In this document: positions 1 to 12,500 of the stretch, one piece after another
Layout of the letters: each line of letters starts with the position of its first letter
Position numbering within the stretch: the stretch's first letter is position 1
Source of the DNA: Nemertoderma westbladi
Lineage: Eukaryota; Animalia; Xenacoelomorpha
Assembly (NCBI GenBank): GCA_032718475.1
Contig: JAUCBJ010007164.1
Span: 6,303-70,302, forward strand
DNA length: 64,000 nucleotides
Direction of reading: 5' to 3'
Notes under the pieces: model-generated
What the model saw: only the letters and a program-made list of their open reading frames with translations
What the model was told of the DNA's origin: nothing
The model's database searches: none
Made by a program: the position numbers and the translations under genes

Positions 1-1118
1 TTCTACTGTAGGTTAATCTGTAACCTGTTCTACTGTAGGTTAAACTGTAACCTGTTCTACTCTAGGTTAAACTGTAACCTGTTCTACTGTATGTTAAACT
101 GCAACCTGTTATACTGTAGGTTAAACTGTAACCTGTTATACTGTAGGTTAAACTGTAACCTGTTCTACTGTAGGTTAAACTGTAACCTGTCTACTGTACA
201 GTAGGTTAAACTGTAACCTGTTCTACTGTAGGTTAAACTGTAACCTGTTCTACTGTAGGTTAAACTGTAACCTGTTATACTGTAGGTTAAACTGTAACCT
301 GTTCTACTGTAGGTTAAACTGTAACCTGTTCTACTGTAGGTTAAACTGTAACCTGTTCTACTGTAGGTTAAACTGTAACCTGTTCTACTGTAGGTTAAAC
401 TGTAACCTGTTCTACTGTAGGTTAAACTGTAACCTGTTCTACTGTAGGTTAAACTGTAACCTGTTCTACTGTAGGTTAAACTGTAACCTGTTCTACTGTA
501 GGTTAAACTGTAACCTGTTCTACTGTAGGTTAAACTGTAACCTGTTCTACTGTAGGTTAAACTGCAACCTGTTCTACTGTAGGTTAAACTGTAACCTGTT
601 CTACTGTAGGTTAAACTGTAACCTGTTCTACTGTAGGTTAAACTGTAACCTGTTCTACTGTAGGTTAAACTGTAACCTGTTCTACTGTAGGTTAAACTGC
701 AACCTGTTATACTGTAGGTTAAACTGTAACCTGTTCTACTGTAGGTTAAACTGTAACCTGTTCTACTGTAGGTTAAACTGTAACCTGTTATACTGTAGGT
801 TAAACTGTAACCTGTTCTACTGTAGGTTAAACTGTAACCTGTTCTACTGTAGGTTAAACTGTAACCTGTTCTACTGTAGGTTAAACTGTAACCTGTTCTA
901 CTGTAGGTTAAACTGTAACCTGTTATACTGTAGGTTAAACTATAACCTGTTCTACTGTAGGTTAAACTATAACCTGTTCTACTGTAGGTTAAACAGTAAC
1001 CTGTTCTACTGTAGGTTAAACTATAACCTGTTCTACTGTAGGTTAAACTGTAACCTGTTCTACTGTAGGTTAAACTATAACCTGTTCTACTGTAGGTTAA
1101 ACTGTAACCTGTTCTACT
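1..1118. repeat. 27-bp tandem satellite (CTACTGTAGGTTAAACTGTAACCTGTT)n, running off the left edge
   Basis: Near-identical 27-bp units read directly; they translate as the SRTGYSLTY repeat in the spurious minus-strand ORF. Confidence 0.97.
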
Positions 1119-1254
1119 GCGTAGGTTATTTTGACGAAGAGTCAAGATAAACTATTAAAGCTGTGTAATTTCTTTTACGATTATTTTGCAACTATTCTTG
1201 ATTTATTATTAATTTATTGATTATTCTGTGTGACCATACGAACGACTAAAGAAC

Positions 1255-2352
1255 ATGGAATCAAAGCCTACATGGTCGAAATGGTCAGAACCAGCCACCT
1301 TAGAAACTGACCCTCAGTGTGTTGATGAGCCTCTACCTCCGAACCTTGTAACCCAATGGCGGGAACAAGGTTACGCGTTAGTAAACGGGTTACTTCCAGA
1401 AACCCTCGTCCAGAAATGTTGCGAGGAGGCTCGGGAAATTCTTTCCTCTTCCGATCCAAACATAAAGGATTTCGGGAGTCCTGATGGCCGGATGGAGTTC
1501 CCCACGGGACTGCAAGGCTGTGACGATGTCGCATTACACCCTCGACTACTAGGAGCGGTAGCACAACTACTGGACATTCCAACCGCGAAGATCCGACTTA
1601 CTCAATCAGATGTTTGGCCGAAACACGGGCAACCACCGGATAACGTCCACGACAAAGTGGACAACACGGACCAACGCATTCACTGCGACTACGGTAACAA
1701 CACGTTGGTGCACCCAGCCGACTGGGATCGTCCAGTTGCAGTGGCTGTTGTCGTTTACTACAGCGATGTCGCCACTTCTGGAGGACCCACTACAGTGGTC
1801 CCCCGACTGGGACCTACAGACCCCGTCTACCAGTACCCTCTAGTGGCCATGCCGGGGCAAGCAGGAGCGCCCATGTGGAACGACCGTGCCACAGTGGAGG
1901 CCTGGATGAAGGATAATAGACCAGAGTACTACGAGTTGCGGAAGCAGCTGTACAGTAGAGAGATGCCGGTTCGGTACACACAAGGCACTGTGCTGCTATA
2001 CCGGCACGATGTTTGGCACCGAGGCACTCCGTTGCTACCTGCACCCGCATTCCGTACCATACACTCTCTGAGTTACAAAGTAGCCGGAATAGATAGCTGG
2101 ACCCAATGGAACCGCGGCTGGGCGTGGAGCATGTACCGTAGTTACGGGGATACAATGGTTCTGGAATCTCTTCTGTCCAGGATTTCTGTCGAACAAAGAA
2201 CAGTGCTGGGTTTTCCGGAAATAAACGATCCATATTGGACAGAGAAGACCATCGAATACGTTAGCGCGAGATTCCAATACTTTGGAATGGACCTTGAGCC
2301 ATATCGTCTGGCTCTACAACAGAGAGAAAGAAATATAGAACTTGGAGTATAA
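1255..2352 (+). CDS. Phytanoyl-CoA dioxygenase (PhyH)-like 2OG-Fe(II) oxygenase, single exon
   Basis: 365-aa ATG ORF with family-like motifs: W-EQGYALV start, HPRLLGAVAQLL, HxD iron ligands (HCD), GGPT, and distal His in WHRGTP. Confidence 0.8.
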   Translation: MESKPTWSKWSEPATLETDPQCVDEPLPPNLVTQWREQGYALVNGLLPETLVQKCCEEAREILSSSDPNIKDFGSPDGRMEFPTGLQGCDDVALHPRLLGAVAQLLDIPTAKIRLTQSDVWPKHGQPPDNVHDKVDNTDQRIHCDYGNNTLVHPADWDRPVAVAVVVYYSDVATSGGPTTVVPRLGPTDPVYQYPLVAMPGQAGAPMWNDRATVEAWMKDNRPEYYELRKQLYSREMPVRYTQGTVLLYRHDVWHRGTPLLPAPAFRTIHSLSYKVAGIDSWTQWNRGWAWSMYRSYGDTMVLESLLSRISVEQRTVLGFPEINDPYWTEKTIEYVSARFQYFGMDLEPYRLALQQRERNIELGV

Positions 2353-5123
2353 ACATTATACAGTACATTTAAATTAACTGTAATAAGGGTTTAAGGGTTC
2401 CTTTCAGTCATCGGTTTATTCAATGTGCATATTATCAAGGACTAGTACAGTAGAAGACCTCCCAAAAACTCAACAATAAGATAATAATACGAAATGGATG
2501 AAGGTTTTAATTTCAACCCATCATTATTAGCGGTAGACTGACTAGAGACTGTCGATGGATTACCGTCTGAACAAAGTTTTGCTGCCGCTGAATGTTTTAT
2601 GGCCAATGGTCTACAGTAGTATGTACAGTATATCTGCCAAGTTTCAGCTTGAACGGATAACAAATAACGAAAAAAATTTCGGTTACCGCACGAAAAATAC
2701 CTGATATGCCTCTGAACTAAACATATTGTAGGGCCTACTCAACTCCACATCCAAAATAGCGATATAGATTGAGACTTGTATGGTTTTGGGGCAACTTTAT
2801 AATTTGCTATATAATTTTTTATTTGTTTATTTTCAAAAATTTTCACATGATGGGTGCAAGGTGAAACGTTTAGTGTATTTGGGTGGAAGTGGAGTGGAGT
2901 GTAGTTGAGCGGATGTGGAGTGGAGTTTGGTGAAAGTGAGTCAAAGTGGGTGACATTCGGGTGGAAAGTTGGGTGTACTGTAGTAGGTAAAAACAAGTAG
3001 TATTTTTTTTAAGAAAAAAATTATAGAGACATAAATTCAAGCACTATAAATTCAGTTATTCAAGCAGTTTGTCCCCGATTCGCCCCACCTTTAAGTCCAT
3101 TCGCACCATATGACTTTATTTAATGTTTTACAAATGCTGTAATATCAACATCAATATCAAATCAAATCTATTATTCTGTTATTCCAATATCAAAAACAAT
3201 ATAGGACATTTCAAAGTTAACACTGTTGTAATACAGTATGCATAGTGCTCTATAATAATATATATAATTAACAACTATACTGTGGTTGGATATGGATAGT
3301 ACAGCTAACAGAAGGCAAACTACAGTCCGTGATGCCATCTCAGATTCTCAACTACTGTACATGTCCAATGATCCTTAACGGATCACATGATGATTTTCGA
3401 ATGGATGAAATGTCTGAAAGTTAATTACACTTCTCCCATTTCGTTGTTTGTAATCAATTAGGCTGAATATTGGCATAACCTACTGTACATATAATGTATG
3501 TACAGTACTAGAGACCACAGGCCAGGTCTATATGATTACGTTGATCAACATACGCAATTATCTACCTTAGTTTGATGAATTATTATTTCTACTACAGTAA
3601 GATCTGTACTGTATAACGATCTTATCGATTCTCGTAAAGATCTTCGCCATTTCTGTCATCGCATGTGATACAAGTTCTTTGCAGAATTTCTCTTGACATG
3701 AACAGATCTTACCAGATCACATTTTAATTTATCAAAAATGTAAGAAGTTCTAAAAAAATTTCCGCTGTTTCGTTGCAAATTAATTAATATAAAGGTCATG
3801 AAATTTAAAATAAAACTGCTGAAAATACAGTGTCACAATTGTTTTTCTTGTATTCTACAGTATAATACATTTAAAGGATAATTACATTATTATAAGTGCA
3901 TAAAACATACTGTATGTATAACAAATAGAACTTAAGTCCATTAACTTTGTACTAATTACTGTACAGTATATACATTGCCATTCCTTATTACAGCAGAAGT
4001 TTCCAATGCGGTCGTTAAGGCTACGTGACCCTCCTGTGTATCAATACCGTTTTAATTTCCACCGCAACACCACAGCGCCAGTTTAGTTTGTACTGTAGCT
4101 TCATTAAGTTGGTGGTATGTAAAGGTATCTGGATCGTCTCTGTCTCTGTCTCTGTCTCTCCTTTGTATACATATTGTTATATTCATCAAAATTCCAGATC
4201 AAATAGGCCTACGCAATCATTTCCTTAGCAACGTTCATTCGACGTCATCTCATAAACGTTAGATATTCGTTCTAAAATGGTGCGGGTCGATTCGCCCCTC
4301 GACCTATTCTCAACAAGTCTATTCCGGCCTATTCGAAGAAAGAGTCGCAGCCCCCCCCCCCCCCCCAAGACATTATAGTACTGTAGTTTAATAGCTATGG
4401 AGTTTTACTATCCTCCTACCACATTTTCACACATGCGAGTCCATTATACCAACTACAGTAATTCCATTATTATTAATTAATTTCTCATGTATTTGTATTG
4501 TACCACATTGTGTAATTGAGCATATTATTTTTTGCAGTTGGTTGTGGCCCTTGTATGTAAGTGTTTGCTTTATTTTATATATCATCTTAATGTGGGAAAT
4601 ATATATACTGTTTATTCAATTCCAGTATTCGCCCCAGTAATATAATATACAGTATGTAATATAATAATGAATAGGGTCTATACTATGACTCACTACTGTA
4701 TCACTGTTCAAATATTTTTAGCAAATTGAGGTATCATTTTTTATCATTCTAATTCAAAAAATCGAATTATAAAGGCAACAGGTGCACATGTTGGCTAGTG
4801 CGATAATTTACAAATTACAATTACGTGTACTGTACAGCTGTGTAGTATATTGCATACATAGTCCGACAATAGCAGATATATTATTAATGACAACAGCATT
4901 GCCAAACTCATGGCATAGCTGACACACATAGCATACCTAATATAATCGCACAATAAAACAAATTCCCTCCACCAAGAGTAATATTGCACTTATTATAAAC
5001 ATTGCACATATATACTGTATACGATATTCAATATAACCTACAGTACTGTACTTGCTCCTAAATACAATCGTACTGCACCGTTTACAGCAGCCCGCTTCCA
5101 ATCCAAGCTAACGCTGATGGTCC

Positions 5124-6323
5124 TGTAAAAGCTTTTGCGGATATAATCAGTCCCCTTGCCCGCAAAGTACCGTTGTAGGTGTTTTAACGGACATAGAAGT
5201 CATTCTTCTATATGTGTGCTTTGGCGGACATGGCAAGGCACAAAACCCGCAATGCGTCAAATCCTCTAGCACAGTGTAGCCTTGATGATTCAGATTACGA
5301 CATCTAACAGCTGGTTGTTGGCATGGAAACGGCCGTTGGACACATGGTTCTTTGTTTAGCTTAACAGCCAATCAGGGCGATTTTTACTGTCGATGTGGAG
5401 ATATTCTACAGATCGTGCTAGGCGTGTTCAGTCTTACTGTTTTCTGTGTTATAGTTTTGTTGTTTCTATCTAGGCCAAGAACACCGGCTCTAGAGTCAGT
5501 TCGTTTTCAGACTTTAGAAGAAACATTAGTAGGCTTAGATTATAGAACGTATAACTGTTATCAACCCAATTATCAGCGCAGTAGCGCAGCGGTACCATCT
5601 GATATTGTTATAATCTTAACCTACCGTCTTAATGCTTTTACTGTTGTTATTATTTGTATCAGTTGGTTGAATATTATTACTTGGAGAACATCGATAAATA
5701 ACCCAAATTTCCCAATTTTCTTGATACACTACAGGTTAGAGAGACAGGTTACATATAGCGATTGCGACTTATATTATCGTGGTTTGTAGTGAATTTAATG
5801 CTATTTGATAAGCACTACATGAGTCAATTGCTGTTCTCTTTATGTATGATAAAATTCATTGACGGTCGGCAGATTAGTGTGCAGTATTGTGCGTTACCGG
5901 TAGTGTGCATGATTGTGGCTGATAACTAAGCATTTCCTAAAGAATGCGCCTCATACGTGAATCATAAGCCTTACCGTCTTACCGTTGTGTTTAGTATAAG
6001 TCATATCTCTGTTTACCTAGATAGAGCGCCACGTCCTAAAGGAACTGTTAATATTTCCCGAAAGTGAATAATATTTGTCAGAAATTATTTATTAACGATC
6101 AATCGAATAATACAGTAAGCTTACACTGCAATAAAATCTAAGCCCTCCGAATCCAGTCTCCCGGGTATATCCAGCGGGTGAATGGACGCGCACTAGGCTG
6201 GCTTCGGCTAATGTTGTGTTTATTGGTATTAAATACTTGTCATATGCTAAAGTCTATTTATAAACCAAAAGACATATAAATTTTGGCAGGTTAAACTGCT
6301 AAAGGTCTTCAAAAGCGCGTACA
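5124..6323 (+). repeat. 5' LTR of BEL copy 1 (1200 bp)
   Basis: Direct repeat of 22486-23685 (about 4 substitutions seen by eye); CCAAT box near 5369, AATAAA near 6131. Confidence 0.96.
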
Positions 6324-6334
6324 ATAACAGTTAT
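6324..6334 (+). promoter_or_regulatory. Non-tRNA primer-binding site complementary to LTR segment 5551-5561
   Basis: ATAACAGTTAT directly after the LTR end; no TGG; it is the reverse complement of ATAACTGTTAT at 5551-5561. Confidence 0.7.
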
Positions 6335-6689
6335 TGTCTTTATTGCAGTAAGCAATAAAGTTGAAAGTACCGGTCGACCGGTAAACCTGAACCGGTACTG
6401 CTGTAGGTCCGTAGGCCCAACTGCCAGAATCGGTACTGCTGTAGGTCCGTAGGCCTAACTGCCTGAACCGGTACTGCTGTAGGTCTGTAGGCCCAACTAA
6501 CCTAACCGGTACTTCCAGTATAAGTACATTAGTATTATTCGATTTTGATTATTGTATACCGGTAGGTCTTAGTACTTAATCAGGGAACGGCCGCCCTGGT
6601 TTTTTATTGAGATTCTACTTATTTCTGTCGGTTTTATTTACATGTAAGTTAATATTGAGCTGAAGACGTGTAAGTCTGCTCAGATTGTT

Positions 6690-7270
6690 CAGATAATTGT
6701 AGGCTGGACTGTTGTTGGACTGTTGTTGGGTCTGGAGAGATTGCGGCGTGTGTAGAGTCTGTCCGATAAAGTGCCAGTTAGTAAGTTGGGGCATCTTGAG
6801 TTGTAAGGTCAACCCCCTCCTAAAGAATAAGTCGTACTACCGTGTTAGAACGCATACTAACTAACCATTTTGGAATCTGCATATACTGTAGTTTATTTAG
6901 GCTTGATAGTAGTCTGCCAGCGTTTTAGCCTGTGTGTTTGTTTGTGTGGTCTGTTCAGGTACCGTAATAGTTATTACTCAGATATTTTGTAGGCTGGATT
7001 GTTGTCTGGCTGTTGTTGGGTCTGGAGAGATTGCGGCGTATGTAGAGTCTGTCCGATAAAGTGCCAGTTAGTAAGTTGGGGCATCTTGAGTTGTAAGGTC
7101 AACCCCCTCCTAAAGAATAAGTCGTACTACCGTGTTAGAACGCATACTAACTAACCATTTCGGAATCTGCACATACTGTAGTTTATTTAGGCTTGGTGGT
7201 AGTCTGCCAGCGTTTGGTTTGTATTTTGTTTGAGTATTCTGTACGGGTAGCGTAATATTTATTATTCAGA
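6690..7270 (+). repeat. ~290-bp tandem duplication in the BEL 5' leader
   Basis: TCTGGAGAGATTGCGGCG...GTAGTCTGCCAGCG recurs at 6731 and 7021; an equivalent duplication is present in copy 2 (~40715-41290). Confidence 0.88.
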
Positions 7271-8564
7271 GTTTATGCGATTATTCGCAACATTCATGTC
7301 CCCAAGTTTATTCCTACAGTAATTGTGCTTGTTACACATACCGTTATAGTTAAATTAACCCCGGTACTACACGGGCTGCTTGGCGTAGGTAAAGACTGGT
7401 GACTTTGTGCTCCGGTCACTCCAGCAGATGCCGTGGTTCTTTTAACTGTTCAAGTATATTTAACTGCTAGTTATCTGTTTTAATAAGTACTTGTACCTAA
7501 TTTAGGGTTTAGTGTACAGTGCTTTCCGAAAGTAATTAGTGTGTAGGCAGTGTATTGTGTTGTAAAGTGGTTAATAGGCACGTTGGATCTGGTAGTCTGC
7601 GGTAATTAACTTCCAGGTAGGAACACTCCGTGATACATAATGTAGTACCTATAGCGATACGGCTATAGGTCGTCAGACGGTGGTATTTTTCCTATCTGGA
7701 CAGCGCAATATATCTACTACTACTTATTATTTTCAAATACCGTAGTACCCTGTCCGTTGTAATAACCAGAATTCTAACCCTTTGTTAGGCTGGTTTGTAG
7801 ACTTCCTGTAAAATTACCCTAAAATTTCGTACGTAATATTTTTGTTGTGTTTAATTAGAGAATTAATCTCACCCGTATCGTAAGTAATTTGTAGTATTAA
7901 GTAACTTAGGTAAATTAGAATTATTTGTTTTAGTGTCCAACAAGTAGCACTTCACTGAGAGCGCACAGCTTCTGTGTAGTGACTCCCCCCAGAAATAATA
8001 ACATTTATTTCAAATATTGACAAAACCCATTTTAAACGGGTATATATATATTATAAATCAACTCAAACGATTTATAAATAGTAGGCCTGCCATACAACAA
8101 CTAGGTCTCAATATCAGTTGGACTACTGCTTAAATAACGGTAATAAAGTAGGTTAAAGTAACCAAGTAACCCTAAAATTTCAGAAATTCAATTATTCTAA
8201 AATAATTGACATACCGGTATTTACCATAGGCTTATTATATTTATTTCTATAAATTTGGGCTGAAATCATACCGGTATCCTGTAATTAATTCTAGTTCATA
8301 ATTATACTTATATATACTATAAGTGTAAGCTACATACCGGTATTCACGATAGGCCTATTATATATTTATATATATTTGTGCTAAAAATTATATACCGGTA
8401 TTTTGTGACAAACCTAGTCTACCATACTTATATATACTATAAGTGTATACCGGTATTCTAATATATTGTAATTAATTACCGGTACGAGGCCAACGGTCAT
8501 ACTGAATTACTAGACTTGCTTTAACTGTAACTATAGCAGTAAGCATTCAACTGTATAGCTAAGT

Positions 8565-9581
8565 ATGTCTGACACAAAGCAAAACCTGTCAGACAGTCTA
8601 ATCGATACAACCATCTGTGACACAGATAGGAGTGTGGAGCGATTAAGAAAGGGGTTCAGCTCACTTCCTACTGAAAGAAAAGTCATCCCTCCAGTAGTAG
8701 TATCAGACCCTAGGCTAATCCAACACCGTAGGTCTATCATCGGCACTCGGGCCCAGGTCAAACGGAACCAAGAGGCAGCTGTCCAACAGCAGCAACATCC
8801 TAGTCAAGAAACTCGTTCCCAGCGACCCGATAGCTCCAGTAGTTCGGATACTGTAGAGCTGACCCCCGAACGCAGAGTGAAGATGGCGGCTACAGCCTAT
8901 TCGGATCCCCTTCTCACCCTTCCTGCCGCAGTACTAACTACTATATTGATTGCGGTGGAGGAACACCAAGGCGATTGGGCGAGAAGTAAGCGAGCGACCC
9001 AAGATAGTTATGCGGGATACGCCAGGGAAGAATTGATGTCTATTGTCGAGTCACAATGGAACTTTCCCGGACTCGGACTCCCGTTAGATTTGTCCGAAGC
9101 TACTTGGGAAGACATACACAGGATGGGAGTGACTAAAGATACGATGGATCCAGCTGTTTGGAAGAGGTCGGCAGCAGGATATGTGCAGGGATTCTTCGGC
9201 TCCTTAGAGCGATTAGAAGAACAACTGTTTCGACAACCCCAAGGACCTCAAGAGCAGGAAGAGCTGCTATATCAAGTACACGAAAGAACCCTACGCATTA
9301 GACTAATCCTATCAGCCTTTGAGGAAACTTCCAAAAGAAGACAGGACACGTCGCTGCAAGTTGCTGTCAAGACTTGGTTCCAGCGGGTAGGTCTCAAAGT
9401 ACAAGAAACGGCCCAGTGGAAATCCCAGCTGGCTGAGAGACCAACCTATGAAGAATCAACCGATGCCACCTTTTCTCAAGTGGAAAGCGAAGTGACCGCA
9501 GAGAGACCGCGAACGAGAGACGCCATAGACATCTATCTGTCAGATTATCAACGTTGGACTCAATCGATGCGGAAAGGTTAG
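8565..9581 (+). CDS. gag: N-terminal part of BEL Gag (frameshifted relative to the main ORF)
   Basis: Begins MSDTKQNLSDSL, matching the start of copy 2 Gag (MSDTKRALSDSL), which is in frame with the Gag core; overlaps the next ORF in the -1 frame. Confidence 0.7.
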   Translation: MSDTKQNLSDSLIDTTICDTDRSVERLRKGFSSLPTERKVIPPVVVSDPRLIQHRRSIIGTRAQVKRNQEAAVQQQQHPSQETRSQRPDSSSSSDTVELTPERRVKMAATAYSDPLLTLPAAVLTTILIAVEEHQGDWARSKRATQDSYAGYAREELMSIVESQWNFPGLGLPLDLSEATWEDIHRMGVTKDTMDPAVWKRSAAGYVQGFFGSLERLEEQLFRQPQGPQEQEELLYQVHERTLRIRLILSAFEETSKRRQDTSLQVAVKTWFQRVGLKVQETAQWKSQLAERPTYEESTDATFSQVESEVTAERPRTRDAIDIYLSDYQRWTQSMRKG

Positions 9582-12500
9582 CTGCAAACCAAGCTAAATT
9601 TGATGAAAAACTCCGCCTCGCTAGAGTCCAGGAAGAACAAGTAAAGAAAAAACGGATAGAGGACCGAAAGGCAGCAGCAGTAGCAGCGGCAATGGCAGAA
9701 GCGGAAGCGGCAAAAGCGGCAGCGGCAGTGAAATCCGCAGCAGCAAAGGCAATGGCAGAAGCGGAAGCGGCAAAAGCAGCAGCAGCAAAGGCAGTGGCAG
9801 AAGCAGAACGGAGAGCGTCTGAAGAGACTACCCAACTGGAGTTGGAAAATCTGCAAGAGACGCAAGACTGCATAAATAAACAGTTAACTGCTAGTCAAAT
9901 GCAGATGATGAGTCGATCTACTCCCAAACGCCAAGGATACACATCATCGGAGGAAGGCGAGACCACCGATCCTGAAGGCGGAGGAAATAGATCTCGTCTA
10001 AGCAGGCGTAGAAAAACATCTCACCGTCACAAATTGCCTGATTTGCCCTCAGCGGTTAGAAGACAACTAGCTAGCACAGACTTAGGTAGTACAGAACCCA
10101 CAGACCAAATTATTAAGGTCAAAAGACTCCCTATGATAGTTGATGAGCCTGAAATAATTAGGCCTGTCGTTCCCAAAGCCACTCCTGTGCTAGAGAACCC
10201 TGTACTTCCAGTGCTTAACTCTAAATTCCCTCTACACAGTATTACACTGCCTGTACCCGGTAGAACAGTCCATGCGAATATCCCTGTCCTGGACACTGAG
10301 AGAGAAATCAAAGATTTGTCTCCCGTCGTCCCGCGTTGGCCCGCTACAATGTTGGCGACTCCCGCTTCGGCGGTTGAGTGGGTAGAGGAGGGACGGCGGG
10401 GGATGAATCTCCTGCTCGGACAGATGCAGGAGACTGTCCACCAACTTAAGGGAACAGTAAGGGAAAGTAGGTTAGAATTGCAAGAAGTGCAGCAAAGCAT
10501 CGCGCTAGAACGCGACAAATTAGTCAATATACAAAAGGGTATACCAATACCCCCTGTAACATTGTGTCAACCTGTTAGGTCTGAAGTATTACATGCGCAA
10601 GGTGTGGAGCCTACACGCATCTATACTGCTAGTGAAGTAGAAACTCCTATAGCAAACCCTATTAAGGGTGATTATAAACCTGTTGTTAATGATATTCCCT
10701 ATAGACTTGATAATAATAACACGATGGCCCAAGAAAGCTTTACACGTCAGATGGCTAGAACAGAAGCCCGCCAAGCGGTCAAAGTGGGAGAGATCGTCAA
10801 ATTCAATGGAGATGAGATGAAATGGTTACCTTTCAATGAATATTACAAAGATAGCATACAGAACTCTGTACTATCTAACGGAGAGAAGCTTAGATTCCTC
10901 ATCAAGTGTTTGGAAGGACCTCCCAAGTTAATGGCGTTAAAGTTTATTGGACACCCAGATGGATTAAGACAAGTTTGGGATACATTAAACACCAGGTATG
11001 GTAACAAGGATAACATAGCTAAGTATTTGTATGCAAAATTAGTAGCCCCCAGAAACTTCCTTAGTAGCGGGATTATAGAGTTTTCCGATGAGATTCAGGA
11101 GATCTGTAGACAATTGGACTGGTTAGGTAAGTCTCATGAATATCAGAGTTCCATGGTTATTGGAGCAGTAGTCTCTACTTTACCAAAGGGTGGAGTATGT
11201 ACACGCTGGGACAAGAAAGTGTTGTATATGAATGAGCAGCAACGACGAAGCCCTACCATGGCTGATCTCATGTCCTTCTTAGATGGTGAAGTAAAACTAC
11301 AACTCATCAAGCAGTCCAGAGAGAAAACATCGGAAAATAAGGTAAGTGAGAAACCCGTTTCTAGGAGAAGAGTAACACCAGTGTGTTACACTGACGACGG
11401 CGAAAGCCAAGCTTCTCAAGAAGAAGACAGCGGGAAAGACACTGACCGATTTTACTACGTTAACAAAACCTCAAAGGACGTAAGTAAATACAAGGCTCGA
11501 ACCAAAGATAGGAGAGAACAGGTTGCCAAGACTCCTCCTCAGTCTCCTAACAGAATGCACGGAAGAAAGCCCGAAGAAAGAACGAGAGTGCATCACGTTA
11601 CCCAAGGTAAAGTGAGTAACACCAAACCAAACTGTGCGCTGTGCGACGGGCCCCACCGTTTGAGTGCGTGTGCTGAATTTCTAAAGAAATCCCTTGTAGA
11701 CAGACGTGCAGTCATGTGGGATAAGCGGTTATGCTATAATTGCCTCAGATCAGGACACCAATGGCGAACCTGTTACTCTGACGTAAAGTGTGCAAAGTGT
11801 GGCGCGAAACATCACATCTTGTTACACAGTGAGTTCGAACGAGACAACCCGAGTCAGGTAAGTGAGCCCGAACTACATGTCCAATTCAGTGATGTAAATG
11901 ACACTGATCAAGAGTCTGAGATGGAAGGATTCTATACTGACGAATTCTCCGACGCCAACGAATCCTGTTACCTAATAAATACCGCAGTATATCGAGCACT
12001 TACTTACGAAAAGGACACCGACAATGAGTTCCCCCCAACTACCTTTGCCAGACAACCATCTTGGAAAGCTCCAACTTCCAACGTAGGAATCAGAGAATTT
12101 CCTGTAGTGCAGGTAAGAGTTCACGGTCCCAACAAAAGTTACATAGTGAACGCCCTCCTTGACTCCGGCAGCACAGGAACATTCATCGATCAAGAACTAG
12201 CCGAAGATATCTTTGCTGGACAACCCAAATTCCGGACTAAATTGAATATGTCAGGAATTATGCAGGTTTGGAAATCTACCATAACGGCAGATTACTATGT
12301 AGGTGCGTTGTCTACCCCTCAGGATAAATTAGGAGCACAAAGTATAAGGTCAGTAAAAATGGTGGCTATAAAGAACTTCGCTACTACCCAAGTAGAACCT
12401 TATAACTGGGACGAGGATGAGAGCATCCAACAGCTTAAGATACCTCGATTCCAGACAGATTATCCTGGAGTGCAAATACTCATCGGCCAAAACGCGCATG

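Noticed and set aside
165-1145. 326-aa ORF of SRTGYSLTY repeats
   Set aside because: Translation of the stop-free 27-bp satellite; no ATG start or unique domain
5352-5789. 145-aa hydrophobic ORF inside the LTR (also 22714-23151)
   Set aside because: TTG start, AT-rich composition and not preserved in the copy 2 LTR
6321-6337. Local hairpin ACAATAAC-A-GTTATTGT as the explanation of the copy 1 PBS
   Set aside because: Not preserved in copy 2, whereas the long-range pairing to the LTR segment is preserved in both copies
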